This document shows positions 1-13,628 of a DNA stretch of 64,000 bases, piece after piece (the stretch's first letter is position 1; each line of letters starts with the position of its first letter). Location of the stretch: positions 6,014,001-6,078,000 of the forward strand of contig OZ024764.1 of assembly GCA_964016885.1 (NCBI GenBank), written 5' to 3'. The translations under genes and the position numbers were made by a program. The notes beneath the pieces are model-generated. The model did not search any database. It was not told the DNA's origin and worked only from the letters and a program-made list of their open reading frames with translations. The DNA comes from Eledone cirrhosa (Eukaryota).

Positions 1-3000
1 GGTAAGCTCCTGTGGTAGACTGGTGTCCTGTCCAGGGGAGGGGAGTCTTGTACTGTCAGTCACTTAACACCAATGACACTGAGGTAAGCTCCTGTGGTAG
101 ACTGGTGTCCTGTCCAGGGGAGTCTTGTACTGTCAGTCACTTAACACCAATGGCACTGAGGTAAGCTCCTGTGGTAGACTGGTGTCCTGTCCAGAGGAAG
201 GGAGTCTTGTACTGTCAGTCACTTAACACCAATGACACTGAGGTAAGCTCCTGTGGTAGACTGGTGTCCTGTCCAGGGGAGGGGAGTCTTGTACTGTCAG
301 TCACTTAACACCAATGGCACTGAGGTAAGCTCCTGTGGTAGACTGGTGTCCTGTCCAGGGGAGGGGAGTCTTGTACTGTCAGTCACTTAACACCAATGAC
401 ACTGAGGTAAGCTCCTGTGGTAGACTGGTGTCCTGTCCAGGGGAGGGGAGTCTTGTACTGTCAGTCACTTAACACCAATGACACTGAGGTAAGCTCCTGT
501 GGTAGACTGGTGTCCTGTCCAGGGGAGGGGAGTCTTGTACTGTCAGTCACTTAACACCAATGACACTGAGGTAAGCTCCTGTGGTAGACTGGTGTCCTGT
601 CCAGGGGAGGGGAGTCTTGTACTGTCAGTCACTTAACACCAATGACACTGAGGTAAGCTCCTGTGGTAGACTGGTGTCCTGTCCAGGGGAGTCTTGTACT
701 GTCAGTCACTTAACACCAATGACACTGAGGTAAGCTCCTGTGGTAGACTGGTGTCCTGTCCAGGGGAGTCTTGTACTGTCAGTCACTTAACACCAATGAC
801 ACTGAGGTAAGCTCCTGTGGTAGACTGGTGTCCTGTCCAGGGGAGGGGAGTCTTGTACTGTCAGTCACTTAACACCAATGACACTGAGGTAAGCTCCTGT
901 GGTAGACTGGTGTCCTGTCCAGGGGAGGGGAGTCTTGTACTGTCAGTCACTTAACACCAATAACACTGAGGTAAGCTCCTGTGGTAGACTGGTGTCCTGT
1001 CCAGGGGAAGGGAGACTTGTACTGTCAGTCACTTAACACCAATGACACTGAGGTAAGCTCCTGTGGTAGACTGGTGTCTTGTCCAGGGGAGTCTTGTACT
1101 GTCAGTCACTTAACACCAATGACACTGAGGTAAGCTCCTGTGGTAGACTGGTGTCCTGTCCAGGGGAAGGGAGTCTTGTACTGTCAGTCACTTAACACAA
1201 ATGACACTGAGGTAAGCTCCTGTGGTAGACTGGTGTCCTGTCCAGGGGAGTCTTGTACTGTCAGTCACTTAACACCAATGACACTGAGGTAAGCTCCTGT
1301 GGTAGACTGGTGTCCTGTCCAGGGGAAGGGAGTCTTGTACTGTCAGTCACTTAACACCAATGACACTGAGGTAAGCTCCTGTGGTAGACTGGTGTCCTGT
1401 CCAGGGGAAGGGAGACTTGTACTGTCAGTCACTTAACACCAATGACACTGAGGTAAGCTCCTGTGGTAGACTGGTGTCCTGTCCAGGGGAGGGGAGTCTT
1501 GTACTGTCAGTCACTTAACACCAATGACACTGAGGTAAGCTCCTGTGGTAGACTGGTGTCCTGTGCAGGGGAGGGGAGTCTTGTACTGTCAGTGACTTAA
1601 CACCAATAACACTGAGGTAAGCTCCTGTGGTAGACTGGTGTCTTGTCCAGGGGAGGGGAGTCTTGTACTGTCAGTCACTTAACACCAATGACACTGAGGT
1701 AAGCTCCTGTGGTAGACTGGTGTCCTGTCCAGGGGAGTCTTGTACTGTCAGTCACTTAACACCAATGACACTGAGGTAAGCTCCTGTGGTAGACTGGTGT
1801 CCTGTCCAGGGGAAGGGAGTCTTGTACTGTCAGTCACTTAACACCAATGACACTGAGGTAAGCTCCTGTGGTAGACTGGTGTCCTGTCCAGGGGAAGGGA
1901 GACTTGTACTGTCAGTCACTTAACACCAATGACACTGAGGTAAGCTCCTGTGGTAGACTGGTGTCCTGTCCAGGGGAAGGGAGTCTTGTACTGTCAGTCA
2001 CTTAACACCAATGACACTGAGGTAAGCTCCTGTGGTAGACTGGTGTCCTGTCCAGGGGAAGGGAGTCTTGTACTGTCAGTCACTTAACACCAATGACACT
2101 GAGGTAAGCTCCTGTGGTAGACTGGTGTCCTGTCCAGGGGAAGGGAGTCTTGTACTGTCAGTCACTTAACACCAATGACACTGAGGTAAGCTCCTGTGGT
2201 AGACTGGTGTCCTGTCCAGGGGAAGGGAGACTTGTACTGTCAGTCACTTAACACCAATGGCACTGAGGTAAGCTCCTGTGGTAGACTGGTGTCCTGTCCA
2301 GGGGAAGGGAGTCTTGTACTGTCAGTCACTTAACACCAATGACACTGAGGTAAGCTCCTGTGGTAGACTGGTGTCCTGTCCAGGGGAGGGGAGTCTTGTA
2401 CTGTCAGTCACTTAACACCAATGACACTGAGGTAAGCTCCTGTGGTAGACTGGTGTCCTGTCCAGGGGAGTCTTGTACTGTCAGTCACTTAACACCAATG
2501 GCACTGAGGTAAGCTCCTGTGGTAGACTGGTGTCCTGTCCAGGGGAAGGGAGTCTTGTACTGTCAGTCACTTAACACCAATGACACTGAGGTAAGCTCCT
2601 GTGGTAGACTGGTGTCCTGTCCAGGGGAGGGGAGACTTGTACTGTCAGTCACTTAACACCAATGACACTGAGGTAAGCTCCTGTGGTAGACTGGTGTCCT
2701 GTCCAGGGGAAGGGAGTCTTGTACTGTCAGTCACTTAACACCAATGACACTGAGGTAAGCTCCTGTGGTAGACTGGTGTCCTGTCCAGGGGAGGGGAGAC
2801 TTGTACTGTCAGTCACTTAACACCAATGACACTGAGGTAAGCTCCTGTGGTAGACTGGTGTCCTGTCCAGGGGAAGGGAGTCTTGTACTGTCAGTCACTT
2901 AACACCAATGACACTGAGGTAAGCTCCTGTGGTAGACTGGTGTCCTGTCCAGGGGAGGGGAGACTTGTACTGTCAGTCACTTAACACCAATGACACTGAG

Positions 3001-6000
3001 GTAAGCTCCTGTGGTAGACTGGTGTCCTGTCCAGGGGAGGGGAGACTTGTACTGTCAGTCACTTAACACCAATGACACTGAGGTAAGCTCCTGTGGTAGA
3101 CTGGTGTCCTGTCCAGGGGAGTCTTGTACTGTCAGTCACTTAACACCAATGGCACTGAGGTAAGCTCCTGTGGTAGACTGGTGTCCTGTCCAGGGGAGGG
3201 GAGTCTTGTACTGTCAGTCACTTAACACCAATGACACTGAGGTAAGCTCCTATGGTAGACTGGTGTCCTGTCCAGGGGAGGGGAGTCTTGTACTGTCAGT
3301 CACTTAACACCAATGACACTGAGGTAAGCTCCTGTGGTAGACTGGTGTCCTGTCCAGGGGAGGGGAGTCTTGTACTGTCAGTCACTTAACACCAATGACA
3401 CTGAGGTAAGCTCCTGTGGTAGACTGGTGTCCTGTCCAGGGGAGGGGAGTCTTGTACTGTCAGTCACTTAACACCAATGACACTGAGGTAAGCTCCTGTG
3501 GTAGACTGGTGTCCTGTCCAGGGGAGTCTTGTACTGTCAGTCACTTAACACCAATGACACTGAGGTAAGCTCCTGTGGTAGACTGGTGTCCTGTCCAGGG
3601 GAGTCTTGTACTGTCAGTCACTTAACACCAATGACACTGAGGTAAGCTCCTGTGGTAGACTGGTGTCCTGTCCAGGGGAGTCTTGTACTGTCAGTCACTT
3701 AACACCAATGACACTGAGGTAAGCTCCTGTGGTAGACTGGTGTCCTGTCCAGGGGAGTCTTGTACTGTCAGTCACTTAACACCAATGACACTGAGGTAAG
3801 CTCCTGTGGTAGACTGGTGTCCTGTCCAGGGGAGTCTTGTACTGTCAGTCACTTAACACCAATGACACTGAGGTAAGCTCCTGTGGTAGACTGGTGTCCT
3901 GTCCAGGGGAGTCTTGTACTGTCAGTCACTTAACACCAATGACACTGAGGTAAGCTCCTGTGGTAGACTGGTGTCCTGTCCAGGGGAGTCTTGTACTGTC
4001 AGTCACTTAACACCAATGACACTGAGGTAAGCTCCTGTGGTAGACTGGTGTCCTGTCCAGGGGAGTCTTGTACTGTCAGTCACTTAACACCAATGACACT
4101 GAGGTAAACTCCTGTGGTAGACTGGTGTCCTGTCCAGGGGAGGGGAGTCTTGTACTGTCAGTCACTTAACACCAATGGCACTGAGGTAAGCTCCTGTGGT
4201 AGACTGGTGTCCTGTCCAGAGGAAGGGAGTCTTGTACTGTCAGTCACTTAACACCAATGACACTGAGGTAAGCTCCTGTGGTAGACTGGTGTCCTGTCCA
4301 GAGGAAGGGAGTCTTGTACTGTCAGTCACTTAACACCAATGACACTGAGGTAAGCTCCTGTGGTAGACTGGTGTCCTGTCCAGGGGAGGGGAGTCTTGTA
4401 CTGTCAGTCACTTAACACCAATGACACTGAGGTAAGCTCCTGTGGTAGACTGGTGTCCTGTCCAGGGGAAGGGAGTCTTGTACTGTCAGTCACTTAACAC
4501 CAATGACACTGAGGTAAGCTCCTGTGGTAGACTGGTGTCCTGTCCAGGGGAGGGGAGTCTTGTACTGTCAGTCACTTAACACCAATAACACTGAGGTAAG
4601 CTCCTGTGGTAGACTGGTGTCCTGTCCAGGGGAGTCTTGTACTGTCAGTCACTTAACACCAATGGCACTGAGGTAAGCTCCTGTGGTAGACTGGTGTCCT
4701 GTCCAGGGGAGGGGAGTCTTGTACTGTCAGTCACTTAACACCAATGACACTGAGGTAAGCTCCTGTGGTAGACTGGTGTCCTGTCCAGGGGAGGGGAGTC
4801 TTGTACTGTCAGTCACTTAACACCAATAACACTGAGGTAAGCTCCTGTGGTAGACTGGTGTCCTGTCCAGGGGAGGGGAGTCTTGTACTGTCAGTCACTT
4901 AACACCAATAACACTGAGGTAAGCTCCTGTGGTAGACTGGTGTCCTGTCCAGGGGAGGGGAGTCTTGTACTGTCAGTCACTTAACACCAATGACACTGAG
5001 GTAAGCTCCTGTGGTAGACTGGTGTCCTGTCCAGGGGAGGGGAGTCTTGTACTGTCAGTCACTTAACACCAATGACACTGAGGTAAGCTCCTGTGGTAGA
5101 CTGGTGTCCTGTCCAGGGGAGGGGAGTCTTGTACTGTCAGTCACTTAACACCAATAACACTGAGGTAAGCTCCTGTGGTAGACTGGTGTCCTGTCCAGGG
5201 GAGGGGAGTCTTGTACTGTCAGTCACTTAACACCAATGGCACTGAGGTAAGCTCCTGTGGTAGACTGGTGTCCTGTCCAGGGGAGGGGAGTCTTGTACTG
5301 TCAGTCACTTAACACCAATGACACTGAGGTAAACTCCTGTGGTAGACTGGTGTCCTGTCCAGGGGAGGGGAGTCTTGTACTGTCAGTCACTTAACACCAA
5401 TGACACTGAGGTAAACTCCTGTGGTAGACTGGTGTCCTGTCCAGGGGAAGGGAGTCTTGTACTGTCAGTCACTTAACACCAATGACACTGAGGTAAACTC
5501 CTGTGGTAGACTGGTGTCCTGTCCAGGGGAGGGGAGTCTTGTACTGTCAGTCACTTAACACCAATAACACTGAGGTAAGCTCCTGTGGTAGACTGGTGTC
5601 CTGTCCAGGGGAGTCTTGTACTGTCAGTCACTTAACACCAATGGCACTGAGGTAAGCTCCTGTGGTAGACTGGTGTCCTGTCCAGGGGAGTCTTGTACTG
5701 TCAGTCACTTAACACCAATGACACTGAGGTAAGCTCCTGTGGTAGACTGGTGTCCTGTCCAGGGGAGTCTTGTACTGTCAGTCACTTAACACCAATGACA
5801 CTGAGGTAAGCTCCTGTGGTAGACTGGTGTCCTGTCCAGGGGAGGGGAGTCTTGTACTGTCAGTCACTTAACACCAATGACACTGAGGTAAGCTCCTGTG
5901 GTAGACTGGTGTCCTGTCCAGGGGAGTCTTGTACTGTCAGTCACTTAACACCAATAACACTGAGGTAAGCTCCTGTGGTAGACTGGTGTCCTGTCCAGGG

Positions 6001-9000
6001 GAGGGGAGTCTTGTACTGTCAGTCACTTAACACCAATAACACTGAGGTAAGCTCCTGTGGTAGACTGGTGTCCTGTCCAGGGGAAGGGAGTCTTGTACTG
6101 TCAGTCACTTAACACCAATGACACTGAGGTAAGCTCCTGTGGTAGACTGGTGTCCTGTCCAGGGGAGTCTTGTACTGTCAGTCACTTAACACCAATGACA
6201 CTGAGGTAAGCTCCTGTGGTAGACTGGTGTCCTGTCCAGGGGAGGGGAGTCTTGTACTGTCAGTCACTTAACACCAATGACACTGAGGTAAGCTCCTGTG
6301 GTAGACTGGTGTCCTGTCCAGGGGAAGGGAGTCTTGTACTGTCAGTCACTTAACACCAATAACACTGAGGTAAGCTCCTGTGGTAGACTGGTGTCCTGTC
6401 CAGGGGAGTCTTGTACTGTCAGTCACTTAACACCAATAACACTGAGGTAAGCTCCTGTGGTAGACTGGTGTCCTGTCCAGGGGAGTCTTGTACTGTCAGT
6501 CACTTAACACCAATGACACTGAGGTAAGCTCCTGTGGTAGACTGGTGTCCTGTCCAGGGGAGGGGAGTCTTGTACTGTCAGTCACTTAACACCAATGGCA
6601 CTGAGGTAAGCTCCTGTGGTAGACTGGTGTCCTGTCCAGGGGAGGGGAGTCTTGTACTGTCAGTCACTTAACACCAATGACACTGAGGTAAGCCCCTGTG
6701 GTAGACTGGTGTCCTGTCCAGGGGAGACTTGTACTGTCAGTCACTTAACACCAATGACACTGAGGTAAGCTCCTGTGGTAGACTGGTGTCCTGTCCAGGG
6801 GAGACTTGTACTGTCAGTCACTTAACACCAATGACACTGAGGTAAGCTGCTGTGGTAGACTGGTGTCCTGTCCAGGGGAGACTTGTACTGTCAGTCACTT
6901 AACACCAATGACACTGAGGTAAGCTCCTGTGGTAGACTGGTGTCCTGTCCAGGGGAGACTTGTACTGTCAGTCACTTAACACCAATGACACTGAGGTAAG
7001 CTCCTGTGGTAGACTGGTGTCCTGTCCAGGGGAGGGGAGTCTTGTACTGTCAGTCACTTAACACCAATGACACTGAGGTAAGCTCCTGTGGTAGACTGGT
7101 GTCCTGTCCAGGGGAGGGGAGTCTTGTACTGTCAGTCACTTAACACCAATGGCACTGAGGTAAGCTCCTGTGGTAGACTGGTGTCCTGTCCAGGGGAGGG
7201 GAGTCTTGTACTGTCAGTCACTTAACACCAATAACACTGAGGTAAACTCCTGTGGTAGACTGGTGTCCTGTCCAGGGGAGGGGAGTCTTGTACTGTCAGT
7301 CACTTAACACCAATGACACTGAGGTAAGCTCCTGTGGTAGACTGGTGTCCTGTCCAGGGGAGACTTGTACTGTCAGTCACTTAACACCAATGACACTGAG
7401 GTAAGCTCCTGTGGTAGACTGGTGTCCTGTCCAGGGGAGGGGAGTCTTGTACTGTCAGTCACTTAACACCAATGACACTGAGGTAAGCTCCTGTGGTAGA
7501 CTGGTGTCCTGTCCAGGGGAGTCTTGTACTGTCAGTCACTTAACACCAATGACACTGAGGTAAGCTCCTGTGGTAGACTGGTGTCCTGTCCAGGGGAGGG
7601 GAGTCTTGTACTGTCAGTCACTTAACACCAATGACACTGAGGTAAGCTCCTGTGGTAGACTGGTGTCCTGTCCAGGGGAGTCTTGTACTGTCAGTCACTT
7701 AACACCAATGACACTGAGGTAAGCTCCTGTGGTAGACTGGTGTCCTGTCCAGGGGAAGGGAGTCTTGTACTGTCAGTCACTTAACACCAATGACACTGAG
7801 GTAAGCTCCTGTGGTAGACTGGTGTCCTGTCCAGGGGAAGGGAGTCTTGTACTGTCAGTCACTTAACACCAATGACACTGAGGTAAGCTCCTGTGGTAGA
7901 CTGGTGTCCTGTCCAGGGGAAGGGAGTCTTGTACTGTCAGTCACTTAACACCAATGACACTGAGGTAAGCTCCTGTGGTAGACTGGTGTCCTGTCCAGGG
8001 GAGGGGAGTCTTGTACTGTCAGTCACTTAACACCAATGACACTGAGGTAAGCTCCTGTGGTAGACTGGTGTCCTGTCCAGGGGAGGGGAGTCTTGTACTG
8101 TCAGTCACTTAACACCAATGACACTGAGGTAAGCTCCTGTGGTAGACTGGTGTCCTGTCCAGGGGAGTCTTGTACTGTCAGTCACTTAACACCAATGACA
8201 CTGAGGTAAGCTCCTGTGGTAGACTGGTGTCCTGTCCAGGGGAGTCTTGTACTGTCAGTCACTTAACACCAATGACACTGAGGTAAGCTCCTGTGGTAGA
8301 CTGGTGTCCTGTCCAGGGGAGGGGAGTCTTGTACTGTCAGTCACTTAACACCAATGACACTGAGGTAAACTCCTGTGGTAGACTGGTGTCCTGTCCAGTG
8401 GAGGGGAGTCTTGTACTGTCAGTCACTTAACACCAATGACACTGAGGTAAGCTCCTGTGGTAGACTGGTGTCCTGTCCAGGGGAAGGGAGTCTTGTACTG
8501 TCAGTCACTTAACACCAATGACACTGAGGTAAGCTCCTGTGGTAGACTGGTGTCCTGTCCAGGGGAAGGGAGTCTTGTACTGTCAGTCACTTAACACCAA
8601 TAACACTGAGGTAAGCTCCTGTGGTAGACTGGTGTCCTGTCCAGGGGAGTCTTGTACTGTCAGTCACTTAACACCAATGACACTGAGGTAAGCTCCTGTG
8701 GTAGACTGGTGTCCTGTCCAGGGGAGTCTTGTACTGTCAGTCACTTAACACCAATGACACTGAGGTAAGCTCCTGTGGTAGACTGGTGTCCTGTCCAGTG
8801 GAGGGGAGTCTTGTACTGTCAGTCACTTAACACCAATGACACTGAGGTAAGCTCCTGTGGTAGACTGGTGTCCTGTCCAGGGGAGGGGAGTCTTGTACTG
8901 TCAGTCACTTAACACCAATGACACTGAGGTAAGCTCCTGTGGTAGACTGGTGTCCTGTCCAGTGGAGGGGAGTCTTGTACTGTCAGTCACTTAACACCAA

Positions 9001-10722
9001 TGACACTGAGGTAAGCTCCTGTGGTAGACTGGTGTCCTGTCCAGGGGAGGGGAGTCTTGTACTGTCAGTCACTTAACACCAATGACACTGAGGTAAGCTC
9101 CTGTGGTAGACTGGTGTCCTGTCCAGGGGAGTCTTGTACTGTCAGTCACTTAACACCAATGACACTGAGGTAAGCTCCTGTGGTAGACTGGTGTCCTGTC
9201 CAGGGGAGTCTTGTACTGTCAGTCACTTAACACCAATGACACTGAGGTAAGCTCCTGTGGTAGACTGGTGTCCTGTCCAGGGGAGGGGAGTCTTGTACTG
9301 TCAGTCACTTAACACCAATGACACTGAGGTAAGCTCCTGTGGTAGACTGGTGTCCTGTCCAGGGGAGTCTTGTACTGTCAGTCACTTAACACCAATAACA
9401 CTGAGGTAAGCTCCTGTGGTAGACTGGTGTCCTGTCCAGGGAAGTCTTGTACTGTCAGTCACTTAACACCAATGACACTGAGGTAAGCTCCTGTGGTAGA
9501 CTGGTGTCCTGTCCAGGGGAGGGGAGTCTTGTACTGTCAGTCACTTAACACCAATGACACTGAGGTAAGCTCCTGTGGTAGACTGGTGTCCTGTCCAGGG
9601 GAGTCTTGTACTGTCAGTCACTTAACACCAATGACACTGAGGTAAGCTCCTGTGGTAGACTGGTGTCCTGTCCAGGGGAGGGGAGTCTTGTACTGTCAGT
9701 CACTTAACACCAATGACACTGAGGTAAGCTCCTGTGGTAGACTGGTGTCCTGTCCAGGGGAGTCTTGTACTGTCAGTCACTTAACACCAATGACACTGAG
9801 GTAAGCTCCTGTGGTAGACTGGTGTCTTGTCCAGGGGAGTCTTGTACTGTCAGTCACTTAACACCAATAACACTGAGGTAAGCTCCTGTGGTAGACTGGT
9901 GTCCTGTCCAGGGGAGTCTTGTACTGTCAGTCACTTAACACCAATGACACTGAGGTAAGCTCCTGTGGTAGACTGGTGTCCTGTCCAGGGGAGGGGAGTC
10001 TTGTACTGTCAGTCACTTAACACCAATGACACTGAGGTAAACTCCTGTGGTAGACTGGTGTCCTGTCCAGGGGAGGGGAGTCTTGTACTGTCAGTCACTT
10101 AACACCAATGACACTGAGGTAAACTCCTGTGGTAGACTGGTGTCCTGTCCAGGGGAGGGGAGTCTTGTACTGTCAGTCACTTAACACCAATAACACTGAG
10201 GTAAGCTCCTGTGGTAGACTGGTGTCCTGTCCAGGGGAGTCTTGTACTGTCAGTCACTTAACACCAATGACACTGAGGTAAGCTCCTGTGGTAGACTGGT
10301 GTCCTGTCCAGGGGAGGGGAGTCTTGTACTGTCAGTCACTTAACACCAATGGCACTGAGGTAAGCTCCTGTGGTAGACTGGTGTCCTGTCCAGGGGAGGG
10401 GAGTCTTGTACTGTCAGTCACTTAACACCAATGACACTGAGGTAAGCTCCTGTGGTAGACTGGTGTCCTGTCCAGGGGAGGGGAGTCTTGTACTGTCAGT
10501 CACTTAACACCAATGACACTGAGGTAAGCTCCTGTGGTAGACTGGTGTCCTGTCCAGGGGAGGGGAGTCTTGTACTGTCAGTCACTTAACACCAATGACA
10601 CTGAGGTAAGCTCCTGTGGTAGACTGGTGTCCTGTCCAGGGGAGGGGAGTCTTGTACTGTCAGTCACTTAACACCAATGACACTGAGGTAAGCTCCTGTG
10701 GTAGACTGGTGTCCTGTCCAGG
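1..10722. repeat. Tandem array of 82/77-bp unit (GGTAAGCTCCTGTGGTAGACTGGTGTCCTGTCCAGGGGA[GGGGA]GTCTTGTACTGTCAGTCACTTAACACCAATGACACTGA), roughly 130 copies, runs off the left edge
   Basis: Directly visible. Near-identical units differ by a 5-bp GGGGA/AGGGA indel and a few recurrent SNPs (aatgac/aataac/aatggc). Confidence 0.98.
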
Positions 10723-11243
10723 TGTGGGTAGTCTATGTTAAGGTATGGGGTGTGTGTAGTCTATGTTAAGGTATGGGGTGTGGGTAGTCTATGTTAAGGT
10801 ATGGGGTGTGGGTAGTCTATGTTAAGGTACAGGGTGTAGGTAGTCTATGTTAAGGTATGGGGTGTGGGTAGTCTATGTTAAGGTACAGGGTGTGGGTAGT
10901 CTATGTTAAGGTACAGAGTGTAGGTAGTTTATTTTAAGGTACAGTGTGTAGGTAGTCTATGTTAAGGTATGGGGTGTGGGTAGTCTATGTTAAGGTACAG
11001 GGTGTAGGTAGTCTATGTTAAGGTACAGAGTGTAGGTAGTTTATTTTAAGGTACAGGGTGTAGATAGTTTATTTTAAGGTACAGGGTGTAGGTAGTCTAT
11101 GTTAAGGTACAGGGTGTAGGTAGTTTATTTTAAGGTACAGGGTGTAGATAGTTTATTTTAAGGTACAGGGTGTAGGTAGTCTATGTTAAGGTACAGGGTG
11201 TAGGTAGTTTATGTTAAGGTATGGGGTGTAGGTAGTCTATGTT
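10723..11243. repeat. 28-bp minisatellite (GGTAGTCTATGTTAAGGTATGGGGTGTG and variants), about 18 copies
   Basis: CTATGTTAAG recurs at 10733, 10761, 10789 and onward; the array abuts the 82-bp array. Confidence 0.95.
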
Positions 11244-11460
11244 GACAAATCTTTGTGTTGTATTTAATTCATCAAAGAAAAAAAGGAAAGGCAGAAAGGA
11301 GGGAAGGAGGGAGGGAGGGAAACAATGAAGACCAGGTATTAGAAATGGTTAATTCTAGTCAGGTGTGACCTTTACCTATCAATTCTATATTCAATTCTCA
11401 GTGTTCATCTGATAAGCTCCTGCCCCAACCTCAACACACCCCACGACCACCACCACCACA

Positions 11461-11651
11461 AATAATTGTTTCTACTTTTGGCACAAGACCAGCAATTTAC
11501 CCCAGTGCATTACTGGTACTTTATTTTATCTATCCTGTCAGGATGAAAGGCAAAGTTAATCTCGTCGGGAATTGAACTCAGAACGCAAAGGGACGTAACT
11601 CTATGCTGGAAAGCGTGGTGTCCGACCCTCTACTGATACTGCCAATCCACC
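11461..11651 (-). mobile_element. tRNA-derived SINE, family A (GTTCAATTCCCG B-box, ...AAGTACCAG...TTGTGCCAAAAGTAGAAAC-ATT tail)
   Basis: Homologous to 51745-51970 (-) and 42232-42445 (+); Pol III B-box on the minus strand. Confidence 0.8.
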
Positions 11652-11790
11652 ATAATGTTGATTGATAAGGGGCTGTGGTAGTAGTGGTGAAGGGGCCATG
11701 GGATTGATTCATAGACTCAGCAACCCAAGATGCAAGACTCTTCTTTCTAATAATTAAAACATTAAAAAACCTCCTCTGAGGAATTTGTGT

Positions 11791-11809
11791 CTATATATAT
11801 ATATATACC

Positions 11810-11850
<41 letters not shown>

Positions 11851-12027
11851 TACACACATATATATATATATATATATATACATATATACACACATATATA
11901 TATATATATACATATATACATATATACACATATATATATATATATATACATATATACACATATATATATACATATATACACACATATATATATATACATA
12001 TACACACACATATATATATATACATAT

Positions 12028-12060
<33 letters not shown>

Positions 12061-12183
12061 CACGCATATATATATATATATATACGTACACACACATATA
12101 TATATATACATACACACATATACATACATACACACACATATACATACACATATATATACATATACACACACATATACATACAC

Positions 12184-12258
<75 letters not shown>
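11791..12258. repeat. (TA)n/(CA)n compound microsatellite
   Basis: Directly visible. Confidence 0.95.
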
Positions 12259-12262
<4 letters not shown>

Positions 12263-12510
12263 AATGTGGTTGGTGTTAGTAAGGGCATCCAGCCGTAGAA
12301 AACCTGCCAGAGACAGTTCTGTACAAGCGAGGCGGTCTCTCAACCAATCTATACACACACACACATATATAAATTTCCAGTTGATTGGTTCGCTAACAGG
12401 AAGGTTGTTTATATATTGCCAAAGCTCTTTCATCACACATTCTGTGACCTCTTCAGTGACTAGGTTTTTACTTTGTGTGCCTCTCCTTTGTTCTGTCCTA
12501 CACCATCTTC

Positions 12511-12700
12511 TATGAACAAAAGGTTGGTTATATGATGCCTGTGTGAGATGTGCGTTGCTGCATGGTAGTGAGACATGGGCAGCAACTGCGGAGGATATGC
12601 AACGGCTGGAGAGAAATGAAGCAAGAATGCTCCAATGGATGTGCAATGTCAATGTGCGTGAACGACCAAGCATGGACGAGTTGAGAGAGAAACTGTGTAT
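12511..12700 (+). pseudogene. RTE-clade LINE ORF fragment ([16 protein letters not shown]...[16 protein letters not shown])
   Basis: The HGSETW and RMLRWMC-like motifs are typical of the RTE RT C-terminal region; homologous to 49470-50020 and 61768-62150. Confidence 0.85.
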
Positions 12701-12740
12701 ATATTTGTTGAATTACCAACAAATTAAATATCCCTTTTGC

Positions 12741-13628
12741 TTATATATACATATATGTGTGGAAAGATAAAGTGAGAGAGAGGAAATGAGAAAGATATAT
12801 AGAAGAAAAATCAACCCCAGTACTTGACTGGTACTGTTTTCATCAACCTAGTTATATATACATATATGTGTGGAAAGATAAAGTGAGAGAGAGGAAATGA
12901 GAAAGATATATAGAAGAAAAATCAACCCCAGTACTTGACTGGTACTGTTTTCATCAACCTAGTTATATATACATATATGTGTGGAAAGATAAAGTGAGAG
13001 AGAGGAAATGAGAAAGATATATAGAAGAAAAATCAACCCCAGTACTTGACTGGTACTGTTTTCATCAACCTAGTTATATATACATATATGTGTGGAAAGA
13101 TAAAGTGAGAGAGAGGAAATGAGAAAGATATATAGAAGAAAAATCAACCCCAGTACTTGACTGGTACTGTTTTCATCAACCTAGTTATATATACATATAT
13201 GTGTGGAAAGATAAAGTGAGAGAGAGGAAATGAGAAAGATATATAGAAGAAAAATCAACCCCAGTACTTGACTGGTACTGTTTTCATCAACCTAGTTATA
13301 TATACATATATGTGTGGAAAGATAAAGTGAGAGAGAGGAAATGAGAAAGATATATAGAAGAAAAATCAACCCCAGTACTTGACTGGTACTGTTTTCATCA
13401 ACCTAGTTATATATACATATATGTGTGGAAAGATAAAGTGAGAGAGAGGAAATGAGAAAGATATATAGAAGAAAAATCAACCCCAGTACTTGACTGGTAC
13501 TGTTTTCATCAACCTAGTTATATATACATATATGTGTGGAAAGATAAAGTGAGAGAGAGGAAATGAGAAAGATATATAGAAGAAAAATCAACCCCAGTAC
13601 TTGACTGGTACTGTTTTCATCAACCTAG
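12741..13628. repeat. Eight apparently identical tandem copies of a 111-bp unit that includes a SINE segment
   Basis: Period 111 (12741, 12852, 12963...), 888 bp in total. The last copy continues into a minus-strand family A SINE (GTTGACCTCGGCGGGATTTGAACTCAG). Confidence 0.95.

Noticed and set aside
1-10722. CRISPR-like regular repeats
   Set aside because: No unique spacers and no cas genes; this is a eukaryotic tandem repeat.
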